Shown here piece after piece: positions 16,651-25,597 of a stretch of 34,141 nucleotides of DNA (position 1 is its first letter; the number at the start of each line of letters is the position of its first letter). Made by a program: the position numbers and the translations under genes. Location of the stretch: contig JBFLZG010000150.1 in assembly GCA_040756235.1 (NCBI GenBank), positions 1 through 34,141 of the forward strand. Direction: 5' to 3'. The notes below the pieces were generated by a model. The model saw only the letters and a list, made by a program, of their open reading frames with translations. It did not search any database and was not told the origin of the DNA. The stretch is from a bacterium. Lineage in GTDB: Bacteria; Desulfobacterota; DSWW01.

Positions 16651-18504
16651 CTAGAAGGCGCTTTCCGGAAGGGTCAGGGCGCTCCGGTCACCGGAAAGCA
16701 TGGCCTTGTGCCGGGCATCCACCTCCGGCAGCAAAGTCAGAGCGAAGAATCTGGCGGCTCCGATCTTTCCGGCATAGAAGGCAGCCTCCGGATGCGTTTC
16801 GATGAGTCTTGCGCGAGACGCATCCTCCGTTGCCCTGTGTTCCTCGCAGAGCTTGCCGAGTTTTTCGCCGGCCACCTGCGCCTGCCAGAGCAGCATGTAC
16901 CCGACCATCACGTCCCCGAACATCATGAGATAGGGATACGCGTTCAGAACAGGATAGAGACGGTCACCGCCCATGGTGAGCCCGCCGAAGTGCATCATAA
17001 TCTCGGTGAGCTTGTCCTTGGCTGAAGAGAGCTCCTTCAGGCAAGACTCCATTTCCGGATTCGAGCTGCTCGCCTGGATGAAAGCTCCGATTTCCTGCAT
17101 GACCTCCATGAACACCCGGCCTCCCTTCATGCCGATCTTTCGGCCCAGGAGGTCCAGCGCCTGGATTCCGTTCGTTCCCTCATAGATCGAGGCGATCTTG
17201 CAGTCCCGAAGGTAGCGCTCCACCTCGTACTCTCGGCAGACCCCGTACCCTCCGAAGACCTGGATGGCCAGCTCGATCATCCGGAAACCCATGTCCGAGC
17301 AGTACGCCTTGCAAATCGGTGTGAGGAGCTGGGCTCTCAGTTCATGCTTCTCCTTCTCCTCAGCGTCCTTCAGGGTCTCGGACAGGTCGATATCGAAGGA
17401 GCAGTACAACAGGAGCGCGCGCATTCCTTCCACGTAGGCCTTCATCGTGAGAAGGTTGCGCCGCACGTCCGGGTGCTTGATGATTTCGACCCGCGGCGCA
17501 TTCGGATCCCTCATGGCCGAGAGTTCCGTGCCCTGGATGCGCTCCTTGGCGTATGCCAGGGCGCTTAGGTACGCCGCACTGCTCATCGTCACCCCCTGCT
17601 GCCCGACCGAGATCCTGGCTTCGTTCATGAGCTGGAACATACAGGCCAGTCCCCCATTCTCCGCCCCCAGCAAGTGGCCGTGGCAGTCTCCGTTTTCGCC
17701 GAAGTTGAGCAGGCAGGTCGAAGAGCCGTGCAGGCCGATCTTCTCCTCGATGCCGCCGCAGACCACGTCGTTGGGCGCCCCCAGCAAGCCATCCGCCTTC
17801 ACGCGGATCTTGGGCACGAGGAAGAGGCTGATCCCCTTCACGCCGGACGGGGCGCCCTCGATGCGCGCCAGCACGGCGTGCACGATGTTCTCCGTCACAT
17901 CGTGTTCTCCGGAGGTGATGAACATTTTGGTTCCCGTGATGAGAAAGTGGTCTCCAGCCCGCTTGGCCGTGGTCTTGACGTCCGCCACTGCCGAGCCTGC
18001 CTGGGGTTCGGTGAGGCACATCGTTCCGCCCCATTCGCCCGAGTACATTTTGAGCATGTAGTTCTTCTTCTGCTCAGGCGTGCCGAAGGACTCAATCAGA
18101 CGGCCTGCACCGAAGGCCAGTCTCGGATAGCTGAAGAGGCTGAAGTTCGCCCCGACGAAGAATTCATCCGTCACGTTGAGCATGACGTACGGAAGCCCCT
18201 GGCCGCCCACCGAGGGGTCGCTGTACACGTTGACCCAGCCCGCCTCTCGGAACTTTCTGCAAAGTTCGTGGAAATGCGGAGGTGCGAAGACCTTTCCTTT
18301 CTCGAAGCGGCAACCCACCCGGTCTCCTTCCGCGCTGGCCGGTGCCAGTTCCTTCTCGGCGAACTTGGCAGCCTCCTCGATCACCATATCCACGGTAGAC
18401 CGGTCGAGCTCTTTGTACCGCCCTTCTCCAAGGAGCCTATCCACTCCAAGTTGTTCCCACAGTACGAACCGGACGTCCCTTGTGTTCGCTTGATAGCCAC
18501 CCAT
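16651..18504 (-). CDS. Long (~600 aa, DmdC/FadE5-type) acyl-CoA dehydrogenase
   Basis: GTMCLTEPQAGS, GTKMFITSGEHD, GIEEKIGLHGS, IIKHPDVRR, LTPICKAY, IYEGTNGIQALDL. GAGAGGAG SD. Confidence 0.95.
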   Translation of the reverse strand: MGGYQANTRDVRFVLWEQLGVDRLLGEGRYKELDRSTVDMVIEEAAKFAEKELAPASAEGDRVGCRFEKGKVFAPPHFHELCRKFREAGWVNVYSDPSVGGQGLPYVMLNVTDEFFVGANFSLFSYPRLAFGAGRLIESFGTPEQKKNYMLKMYSGEWGGTMCLTEPQAGSAVADVKTTAKRAGDHFLITGTKMFITSGEHDVTENIVHAVLARIEGAPSGVKGISLFLVPKIRVKADGLLGAPNDVVCGGIEEKIGLHGSSTCLLNFGENGDCHGHLLGAENGGLACMFQLMNEARISVGQQGVTMSSAAYLSALAYAKERIQGTELSAMRDPNAPRVEIIKHPDVRRNLLTMKAYVEGMRALLLYCSFDIDLSETLKDAEEKEKHELRAQLLTPICKAYCSDMGFRMIELAIQVFGGYGVCREYEVERYLRDCKIASIYEGTNGIQALDLLGRKIGMKGGRVFMEVMQEIGAFIQASSSNPEMESCLKELSSAKDKLTEIMMHFGGLTMGGDRLYPVLNAYPYLMMFGDVMVGYMLLWQAQVAGEKLGKLCEEHRATEDASRARLIETHPEAAFYAGKIGAARFFALTLLPEVDARHKAMLSGDRSALTLPESAF

Positions 18505-18684
18505 GGCGTCTCCTCTCCTGCATGAAGGGTTTCAGAGCCATCTCTCGGGAACTGCATATTCTGAACAGGGATTCTTCTCCTTCGGTGGCGAGAATTGCAG
18601 GCAGGAATCAAGGCGTCTTCAGAGCCCTCGGGTTGATCTGGGGACGTTCTGGGATCGCGAGGCCCCCCAATGCTGTCCCAAGCG

Positions 18685-18745
18685 AAAATCGATTTTGAAC
18701 AAGAGTGACTTCAAGTCATTATATGAACGAATGAAAATTTTACAA
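18685..18745 (-). promoter_or_regulatory. Sigma70-type promoter with a TGACTT-C-AAGTCA operator
   Basis: Minus strand TTGTAA(18745-18740)-N16-TATAAT(18723-18718). Palindrome TGACTTCAAGTCA at 18706-18718 lies over the expected start site. A second palindrome AAAATCGATTTT is at 18685-18696. Confidence 0.65.
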
Positions 18746-19312
18746 CTCCCCGACCCAGGGGAAAGGCCCTGGCGAGAAACACACAGACTTGGACAGGCTC
18801 GGGCTCGACTGGTCCATACGTCGAAGGGCTGATCGAGCCGGTCCCAGGGATCACGATACGCAAACAGATCCTTTCGAAGAAAGGCCACGAGGTTCGCCAG
18901 CGACCAAGCGAAGCGGGGACTTGCCTGCAAATGAAGTCGAAGTGTTGAAGGCTTACGGAAAGAAGACGCCGAAGAGCCCCCTGGTCCGGGCGAGGCGAGG
19001 CGACGGATGGCCACGATCGGCGGCATCTCGTCCGCTCATCTGATCCTCCTCCCGGACAGCAACTGATGTGACACGGCTACTCACAGCTGCAGCTCATGTG
19101 TGACGGGTTCGCACTCAGAGATGACCACGGCTCTGCACCATAGACGACTTGTGGGGAAAGGGCAGGCCTAGCCACTCTTGGGATGTACGGAAGCCGGTGA
19201 GCCTTCTCGGCTTCTGCCGTTTTGACGAAGATCAAGATATCGTCCAGAATACCCGATCACGTGAGGCGAGGATCGACCCGAGGATCGACCCATCGAAAGG
19301 GGAGGAAGTCCG

Positions 19313-19732
19313 ATGGAAGCGAAACTGATGGAGTATTTCAACAAGCAGCCGAGGCTGGGCACCCTGAGCACGGCGGGAAAAGACGGGAAAGTGGACGTGG
19401 CCTATTTCGGGTCCCCCAGAATGATCGACGAGAAGACCGTTGTCATGGGCTTGGGGAAGAATCGGACCCTTGCGAACCTGGGTGAAAACCCACATGCGGT
19501 TTTCATGATCATGGAGCCCGGGAAGACGATCACGGAATGGAAGGGGGTCAGGGTCTACCTCAAGATGAAGGACTGCCAGACATCCGGCGCAAAGCTGGAA
19601 GGAATCCGGGAAGCGATCGCCAAGGCGGCAGGAAAGGCGGCGGCCAGCACGATCCAGGCAGCGGTGACCTTCGAAATCATGGAGATTCGGCCGCTGGCCG
19701 ACTTCGGGCAAGGTTGGGAAAAGTCCATCTGA
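19313..19732 (+). CDS. Pyridoxamine 5'-phosphate oxidase-like FMN-binding split-barrel protein
   Basis: GTLSTAGKDGKVD, RTLANLGENPHAVF and GVRVYL motifs. GGGGAGG SD. Confidence 0.88.
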   Translation: MEAKLMEYFNKQPRLGTLSTAGKDGKVDVAYFGSPRMIDEKTVVMGLGKNRTLANLGENPHAVFMIMEPGKTITEWKGVRVYLKMKDCQTSGAKLEGIREAIAKAAGKAAASTIQAAVTFEIMEIRPLADFGQGWEKSI

Positions 19733-19777
19733 GCCCAACTCCTTTGGGCCGGCCTGTCTCAAACCCTTCTTCAATAC

Positions 19778-20521
19778 TCAGATCGTGCCGTTCGACTCGA
19801 GCGTCTTTCTGAGCTGGTCTCCCACGAAGACGAGGTGTCGGGAGACGGCTCTGCGCGCGCGCGGCGGATCTCGCTGAGTGACGGCCTCCACGATTTCGCG
19901 ATACTGCTGCAGCAGCCGGTCCGAGATGTTCGGGATGTCGCGCAGTTTTCTGCGGCTGTATGGGAAGGCCCCCCTGAGCAAGGTCCAGATGGACTTCATG
20001 AAGTGGGCATAGATCGAGTTGTGCGTCGCATCGGCGATGGCGAGGAACGTGCTCTGGTAGAGCCTGCTCGGCTCCAGATCCAGGATGGATCTTCCTTTGC
20101 CGACCTGCTGTTCCAGGGCCTCGGCGTACTCCCTGATCTTCTCCAGCTCGGCATCCGTGGCTCTCTCGGTCGCCATGGCCGCTCCCTCGGAATCAATCTT
20201 TCTGCGGACTTCGAACAGGTCGAGCACCTTCAGCGGGTCGACCTCGATCATGTTGAGGATCGGCTCTTGGATGCCCCGGGGAACCAGAGACTTGATGATG
20301 CTCCCTTCTCGGGGATGCACTTCGATGAAACCGATGGCTTCCAACACGGTCAGCGCTTCGCGGAGGGTCGGCCGGCTCACATGAAGCTGTTCGGAAAGCT
20401 CCTTCTCCGTGGGGAGTCGGTCGCCGGGCTGGAGTCCTCCTTCCAGGATGATCCTTTTGAGCTGCTCCACGATCTTTTGCGAGATCTTGACGTTCTTTTC
20501 GATTGGAACCAGCTTGGGCAT
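19778..20521 (-). CDS. GntR/FadR family transcriptional regulator
   Basis: LQPGDRLPTEKELSEQLHVSRPTLREAL winged HTH plus FCD domain. GGGAGG SD before ATG20521. Confidence 0.93.
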   Translation of the reverse strand: MPKLVPIEKNVKISQKIVEQLKRIILEGGLQPGDRLPTEKELSEQLHVSRPTLREALTVLEAIGFIEVHPREGSIIKSLVPRGIQEPILNMIEVDPLKVLDLFEVRRKIDSEGAAMATERATDAELEKIREYAEALEQQVGKGRSILDLEPSRLYQSTFLAIADATHNSIYAHFMKSIWTLLRGAFPYSRRKLRDIPNISDRLLQQYREIVEAVTQRDPPRARRAVSRHLVFVGDQLRKTLESNGTI

Positions 20522-20566
20522 TCCTCCCGATCTCCTTGCGAAGGGGGGTTGTCGCACCGCAGGATT

Positions 20567-20595
20567 TTTATATAGGATCCAGGGCCGCATGACAA
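20567..20595 (-). promoter_or_regulatory. Sigma70-type promoter of the GntR gene
   Basis: Minus strand TTGTCA(20595-20590)-N17-TATAAA(20572-20567). Confidence 0.55.
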
Positions 20596-20707
20596 GGGAT
20601 CTGGATCGCACATCGAGAGGAGAAAAGGAAGTGTCAAACAGCTAGAAATCGCCGGCCGGGGTATCGGGGGCCGGCGAAGTCAGCTCGGCCTAACAGGCTG
20701 CGGCGGA

Positions 20708-20884
20708 CAGGCTGTTGAAAAACGCACATCTGCTGCGTGCGGCTCGTTCTTCGTTCCCGGCCTTCGTCGGGACAGGCTCACCACCCTCCGCTGTTACTCG
20801 TGTGGACCTGTTGTCCCTCAGAACTTCGGCTGCCTTGCATCTGGGTACTTGACTAGCCTGTTCGGGGCACGTCTTCAACAGACT
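20708..20884. repeat. MITE-like element copy
   Basis: Begins CAGGCTGTTGAAAAACGCACATCTGCTGCGT (29/31 identical to 21225-21255), contains GCCTTGCATCTGGG (as at 78-91), and ends TTCAACAG, which is inverted to the left end. Confidence 0.65.
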
Positions 20885-20996
20885 CCAAAAGCCGCAGAGG
20901 AAGCCAGATGCCAAGACGCTGGGTATCAACTGTAACGAGCCTGACCCCCGGGCATCGCGGGGGCCGGGGAGTCGCCGCGCTTTCCGGCCTGCCTGC

Positions 20997-21191
20997 TCAC
21001 GGCTTGATGGAGTCCAGCAGGGATTTGAGTTTTTCTTCGTGCAGGATCTCTTGTTCGCGCAGACCCTCCAGGATCGCCCGGGCAAACGGGTCCTTCGTCA
21101 CCTCGAGCATCTTGCCGTACAGCTCTTGCGCTTTCTTCTCTTGGTCGATCGCGAACTCGATCAGGCCTTCAAAGCTCGTCAGGGTTTCCAT
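20997..21191 (-). CDS. Small (64 aa) ferritin/rubrerythrin-like two-helix protein
   Basis: FAIDQEKKAQELY...LREQEILHEEKL, i.e. E...Y...ExxH. GGGAG/GGGGA SD-like sequence before ATG21191. Confidence 0.75.
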   Translation of the reverse strand: METLTSFEGLIEFAIDQEKKAQELYGKMLEVTKDPFARAILEGLREQEILHEEKLKSLLDSIKP

Positions 21192-21224
21192 CTCGACTTC
21201 CCCACTCCCGTGCGGCAGGTCCAG

Positions 21225-21368
21225 CAGGCTGTTGAAAACCGCCCATCTGCTGCGTCCAGTGGCCCAGATCTTTCTTCGTAACATCCCGCTCTTAAGTAGA
21301 TTCTGAAACCAGATCGTGAGAGCTCTTGCGGTCCGGGTCCGAAGGATGGCCAGATGCAAGGCGCGCGA
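21225..21368. repeat. Degenerate or rearranged MITE-like element copy
   Basis: CAGGCTGTTGAAAACCGCCCATCTGCTGCGT at 21225-21255, and CCAGATGCAAGGCGCGCGA at 21350-21368 (exact reverse complement of 72-90). Confidence 0.6.
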
Positions 21369-21469
21369 CAATTCCCCAGGACAGCGGAATTGGACGCATC
21401 ATCCGCCAGGATGATGCGCTCGAAGGGCGCGGGCCATGGACGGCCCGAGTCGGTCATGCGGCCCCCGGA

Positions 21470-22015
21470 TTAAGGCACAAGGACCGCCGCGGCGATGCAG
21501 GTGGTCCAGATCCCCATCTTGTGACCGATGGCCGATTGCGTGATGTTGCTCGTACGGATGATCTTCCCGCTGATCCGCCACAGCTCCTTCTTCTCATCAT
21601 AATTGGAATCCGGGTCGAACTCGACGCCCAGGATCGTGGCCAGCATCTGGGCAGCGAGGTCTTCGGCGTAGTCGCCGGCCGCCTGCTCGGTCTGGCCGCA
21701 CGAATGGTGCTCGGACAGGTACCCGTACTGGTCCGGATCCTTGGGGATGGCGATCCCGATCGACGCCGAGACGAGTCGGTGGGGTTCGTCGGTCGCGACC
21801 TCGCTCATGACCGTGTGGACGATCTGACCCGGCTTCAAGATCTTGAGCCCCTCGGCCCGGGGAATGACCTTGCACCTGGGAGGGTAGATGCTGGAGACTT
21901 TTACCAGGTTGTGCGGGGCGATCCCGGCTCTGCGCAGCGCCAGCTCAAGGCTGGCCAGCTTTTCCTTGTGCCGCCCCACGCCCTTGGTCAGAAACATTCT
22001 GCTGGGAACATACAT
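21470..22015 (-). CDS. pdaD: Pyruvoyl-dependent arginine decarboxylase
   Basis: MFLTKGVG, ELALRRAGIAPHNLVKVSSIYPP (S-S autocleavage site), YGYLSEHH, WTTCIAAAV. GAGGA SD before ATG22015. Confidence 0.93.
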   Translation of the reverse strand: MYVPSRMFLTKGVGRHKEKLASLELALRRAGIAPHNLVKVSSIYPPRCKVIPRAEGLKILKPGQIVHTVMSEVATDEPHRLVSASIGIAIPKDPDQYGYLSEHHSCGQTEQAAGDYAEDLAAQMLATILGVEFDPDSNYDEKKELWRISGKIIRTSNITQSAIGHKMGIWTTCIAAAVLVP

Positions 22016-22279
22016 GCTCGCGTCCTCACTTCGGAAGCGTCTCCGTTCGGGGCATCCAGGATGCATCTGAAAAACATTCTTCATAGGGGAGGCTCATCCA
22101 AAAGTCAACCGTCCCGAGATCCTCCCGTCCGGCGAGCCGAGGACCGCGAACCGCGCCGACCCTGCGCCGCTGCCCGGCTCGGCGCAAATCTGCATTTGCT
22201 CCGGCTGCCTCCGAGAGCATAGGATACCCTGACTCTGATCGGTCCATCCATCAGCCTCTCCCCAAAGGAGAACAGGACC

Positions 22280-23737
22280 ATGCAACGACACCTCTCCGGG
22301 CTGTCGCTTTTCGTTCTCGGGGCTCTCTTCGGATGCGGCGGCGACGACGGCGAAATCTCCGGGACCTCTGCACCGCCGCCGCATTTCTACTGGGGCACCG
22401 CAACCGCGGCCCATCAGGTCGAGGGCTTCAACACCCGGAACGACTGGTACCTCTGGGAGATGATCCCGGGCAAGATCGAGAACGGGGACCTGTCGGGCGC
22501 GGCCGATGACCAGTACCACCGCTTCGACGAGGATTTCGCCCTGGCCGGCGGGATGGGCCACAACGCGTATCGGTTTTCGATCGAGTGGAGCCGGATCGAA
22601 CCGGCCCGGGACTCCTACGATCCGGAAGCGATCGCCCACTATCACCAGGTCCTGGCCAGCCTGAAGCGGCACGGCCTCACCCCTTTCGTCACGCTCCACC
22701 ATTTCACGAACCCCCTGTGGGTGCTCAACCCGCTGCGCACCGACACCGACCTCGACGGGTGGCGCAGCACGGGAACCGTGGAAGAATTCGTGGAGTTCTG
22801 CGGAGACATGGCCCTGGAGTTCGGGCAGGAGGTCGACTTCTGGATGCCGATCAACGAGCCCATGGTGGTCGTGAACGGCACCTATTTCCAGGGCGGATAC
22901 CCGTCGGACGTGGAGCCCTTTCATCTGGAAGAAGGCCGGATGGCCGCCTTTCGCCTCTTTCAGGCCCACGCCGGGGCCTACCACGCGATCCATGAGCGCG
23001 ACACGTGGGACGCGGACCGCGACGGCAAGCCGGCCCTCGTCAGCTCGGCCAAGCACGTGCGCATCATGAAACCCAAGAATGAGAGGAGTCCCTGGGACCA
23101 GGAGGGCGCCAGGCAGGTGGATTACGTCTTCAACCAGGTGTTCTTCGACGTGCTCCATGACGGCATGGTGGATGCGGACCTGGACGGCGACTACGACAGC
23201 CCGGATACGGACCCTCCGGAGGGCTTCCATCCCGAGCTCGCGCACACCCTGGATTTCGTGGCCCTGAACTACTACAGCCGGGACGTCGTGACCGGCCTGC
23301 CCTTCATCCCCTACATCAAGGGGATCCCGGAGGACAATCCGGATCCGGCCGTCGAGCACAACGAGATGGGGTGGGAGATCTATCCGGCGGGTTTCTACGA
23401 GGTGCTCACGCGCTTCGGGCAGTACGGGCTTCCCGTGGTCGTCACCGAGAACGGAATCCCGGATGCGGACGACGATCAGAGGCCCCGGTTCCTCGTGGAG
23501 CATCTGGACGCGATGTTCGACACCATGGAAGCCGGGGTGGACGTCGTCGGATATCTCCACTGGTCCCTCCTGGACAACTTCGAGTGGACCGACGGCTTCT
23601 GGCCCCGCTTCGGCCTCCTGGCCGTGGACTACGAGACCCTGGAGAGGGCCCCGCGGCCTTCGGCCGCCCTCTACTCCGAAATCATCCGGGCGGGCCAGAT
23701 CACGGGCGAGATGCGGAGCCGAGTCGGCCTCGACTGA
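22280..23737 (+). CDS. Glycoside hydrolase family 1 (beta-glucosidase-like) lipoprotein
   Basis: WGTATAAHQVEG, YRFSIEWSRIEP, catalytic NEP and TENG, WSLLDNFEW. N-terminal lipobox LFGC. AAAGGAG upstream. Confidence 0.94.
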   Translation: MQRHLSGLSLFVLGALFGCGGDDGEISGTSAPPPHFYWGTATAAHQVEGFNTRNDWYLWEMIPGKIENGDLSGAADDQYHRFDEDFALAGGMGHNAYRFSIEWSRIEPARDSYDPEAIAHYHQVLASLKRHGLTPFVTLHHFTNPLWVLNPLRTDTDLDGWRSTGTVEEFVEFCGDMALEFGQEVDFWMPINEPMVVVNGTYFQGGYPSDVEPFHLEEGRMAAFRLFQAHAGAYHAIHERDTWDADRDGKPALVSSAKHVRIMKPKNERSPWDQEGARQVDYVFNQVFFDVLHDGMVDADLDGDYDSPDTDPPEGFHPELAHTLDFVALNYYSRDVVTGLPFIPYIKGIPEDNPDPAVEHNEMGWEIYPAGFYEVLTRFGQYGLPVVVTENGIPDADDDQRPRFLVEHLDAMFDTMEAGVDVVGYLHWSLLDNFEWTDGFWPRFGLLAVDYETLERAPRPSAALYSEIIRAGQITGEMRSRVGLD

Positions 23738-23766
23738 GGCGTACGAGCCCTGGAGGCCATGTCCTA

Positions 23767-23958
23767 TTCCGTCATCCCGGCCCAACCGCGGAGCGCGTGT
23801 GAGCCGGGATCCAGAAGTTCGCATCCATAACGGCTGCATTTGCGTGGAGCAGGGACTGGACCTCGGCCTTCGCCGGGGTGACGGAAAGACAAACGCCACC
23901 CACGGCCCAGGCCGTGCAGCGGCCGCGAGCCGGGATCCGCAGGCTCCTCCGGGATGAC
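23767..23958. repeat. REP-like GTCATCCCGGC...GCCGGGGTGAC palindromic element plus a degenerate second unit
   Basis: Terminal inverted repeats TTCCGTCATCCCGGC / GCCGGGGTGACGGAA (23767-23886) with internal GCCGGGATCCAG...CTGGA. GAGCCGGGATCC recurs near 23928, followed by CGGGATGAC. Confidence 0.65.
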
Positions 23959-24123
23959 GTTCGTAAGCCTTGACCGGGCTTTCACAAGCCTTCCTGGCAG
24001 GAGCCGGCGATCTCGGGAATCTTCGCCCGCGGGCACGCCATCTTTGAAGGGGGATCGCCCGGGGGCCCGCGGACCATGAGCCTCCGGGCGAAGAGAGCAT
24101 GGTCAGGACCTGGAGGCAAGCAG

Positions 24124-25557
24124 ATGGCAAACGTTCAGAAATTCCTCCTGGGCGGCCAATGGCGCACGTCCCGGGAAACCATCGATATTCGCAATCCTTA
24201 CAACGGCCAATGGGTTTCAACGGTTGCCCTGGCCGGCAAGGGCGAGGCGGAGCTGGCCCTGCAGGCGGCCGCCCGAGCGTTCCACGAGACCCGCAAGGTG
24301 CCGGTGTACCGGCGCGTGGAAATCTTCCAGCGCATCCTGCAGGGCATCTCTGAGCGCCGCGCGGAACTGGCCCGCACCATCACCCTGGAGTCCGGGAAAC
24401 CGATCTCGGCCTCTCTGCTGGAGGTGGACAGGTGCCTGTTCAACTTCACCTGCGCGATGGAGGAGTCCAAGAGGATCGGCGGCGAGGTGATCCCCGCGGA
24501 TCTCAAGCCGTGGGGGGCCGGGCGCTTTGCCCTGACCCAGCGGTTCCCGGTCGGGCCGGTCCTCGGGATCGGGCCGTTCAATTTTCCCCTCAACCTGTGC
24601 GCCCACAAGGTCGCCCCTGCCCTGGCAGCGGGCAACAGCCTGATTCTCAAGCCGCCTTCGGCTTGTCCGGGGCCTGCCCTGAAGCTCGGGGAGATCGTCT
24701 CGGCCGCGGGCGCGCCGGACGGCTGGCTCAACGTCATTCCCTGCCGCACCGAGGTGGCGGAGATCTTCGTGCGGGACGACCGGATCCGGCGGATCTCCTT
24801 CACCGGCAGCACCGCGGCCGGATACCGTGTGAAGTCCCTGGCCGGCAAGAAGCCGGTGATCCTGGAGTTGGGGGGCAACGCGGCCGTGATCGTTCACGAG
24901 GATGCGCCCCAGGAGCTCGCGGCCGCCCGCATCGCGGCGGGCGGGTACGGCCAGGCCGGGCAGTCGTGCATCGCGGTCCAGAGGGTCTTCATCCACGAAC
25001 CGATTTACGGTTCCTTCCTGGACCGGCTCGTGGAGGCCACCGGCAAGGTCAGGGTGGGAGACCCCCTGGATCCGGAGACGGTCGTGGGCCCGATGATCAC
25101 GGAGAGGGATGCCGTCCGCGTCGAGGAATGGGTGCAGGCTGCCGTAGAGGAGGGCGCAAGGATCCTCACGGGCGGCAAGAGGGAAGGGGCGATCTACCTG
25201 CCCACGATCCTGGCCGACGTCCGGCCCGCGATGAAGGTGAGTTGTGAGGAACTTTTCGCGCCGGTCATCACGATCGAGAGGTACAGGGACTTCGAGGATG
25301 CGGTCAGACGGGTGAACGATTCCCGCTACGGGCTGCAGGCGGGGATCTTCACGCAAGACATCGGCCGCATCTTCTCCGCCTTCAAGGACCTGGAGGCCGG
25401 AGGGGTCCTCGTCAACGAGGTGCCGACCTTCCGCATGGATCATCTGCCCTACGGCGGGGTCAAGGACTCGGGGCTGGGCCGCGAGGGCGCCCGCTACGCG
25501 ATCGAGGAGACGACGGAGGTCAAAGCCCTCATCCTCCGCCTGCCGGAAGCAGAATGA
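24124..25557 (+). CDS. NAD(P)-dependent aldehyde dehydrogenase
   Basis: PFNFPLNL, LKP, SFTGS, LELGGN, GQSC (catalytic Cys), EELFAPV, PYGGVKDSGLGREG. GGAGG SD before ATG24124. Confidence 0.95.
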   Translation: MANVQKFLLGGQWRTSRETIDIRNPYNGQWVSTVALAGKGEAELALQAAARAFHETRKVPVYRRVEIFQRILQGISERRAELARTITLESGKPISASLLEVDRCLFNFTCAMEESKRIGGEVIPADLKPWGAGRFALTQRFPVGPVLGIGPFNFPLNLCAHKVAPALAAGNSLILKPPSACPGPALKLGEIVSAAGAPDGWLNVIPCRTEVAEIFVRDDRIRRISFTGSTAAGYRVKSLAGKKPVILELGGNAAVIVHEDAPQELAAARIAAGGYGQAGQSCIAVQRVFIHEPIYGSFLDRLVEATGKVRVGDPLDPETVVGPMITERDAVRVEEWVQAAVEEGARILTGGKREGAIYLPTILADVRPAMKVSCEELFAPVITIERYRDFEDAVRRVNDSRYGLQAGIFTQDIGRIFSAFKDLEAGGVLVNEVPTFRMDHLPYGGVKDSGLGREGARYAIEETTEVKALILRLPEAE

Positions 25558-25597
25558 CAGGGGTTGCGGCCCAAGGCCACTCAGAGGCGGACCGATC

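Noticed and set aside
18789..19043. Short ORFs or a possible gene fragment in the 18505-19312 intergenic region
   Set aside because: No convincing SD/start or recognisable motif. A blastx would be needed to exclude a relic.
19067..19085. CRP/CooA-like TGTGA...TCACA site
   Set aside because: The spacer is 9 nt rather than 6.
19267..19291. 12-bp tandem duplication CGAGGATCGACC x2
   Set aside because: Only two units with no spacers; not CRISPR and no evident function.
22179..22199. Sigma54 promoter upstream of GH1
   Set aside because: GG-to-GC spacing is 9 nt rather than 10; only a short GCAAAT/ATTTGC hairpin is present.
22094..24220. 708-aa minus-strand ORF (and 24217..25443)
   Set aside because: Antisense to the GH1 and aldehyde dehydrogenase genes and runs through repeats; no motifs.
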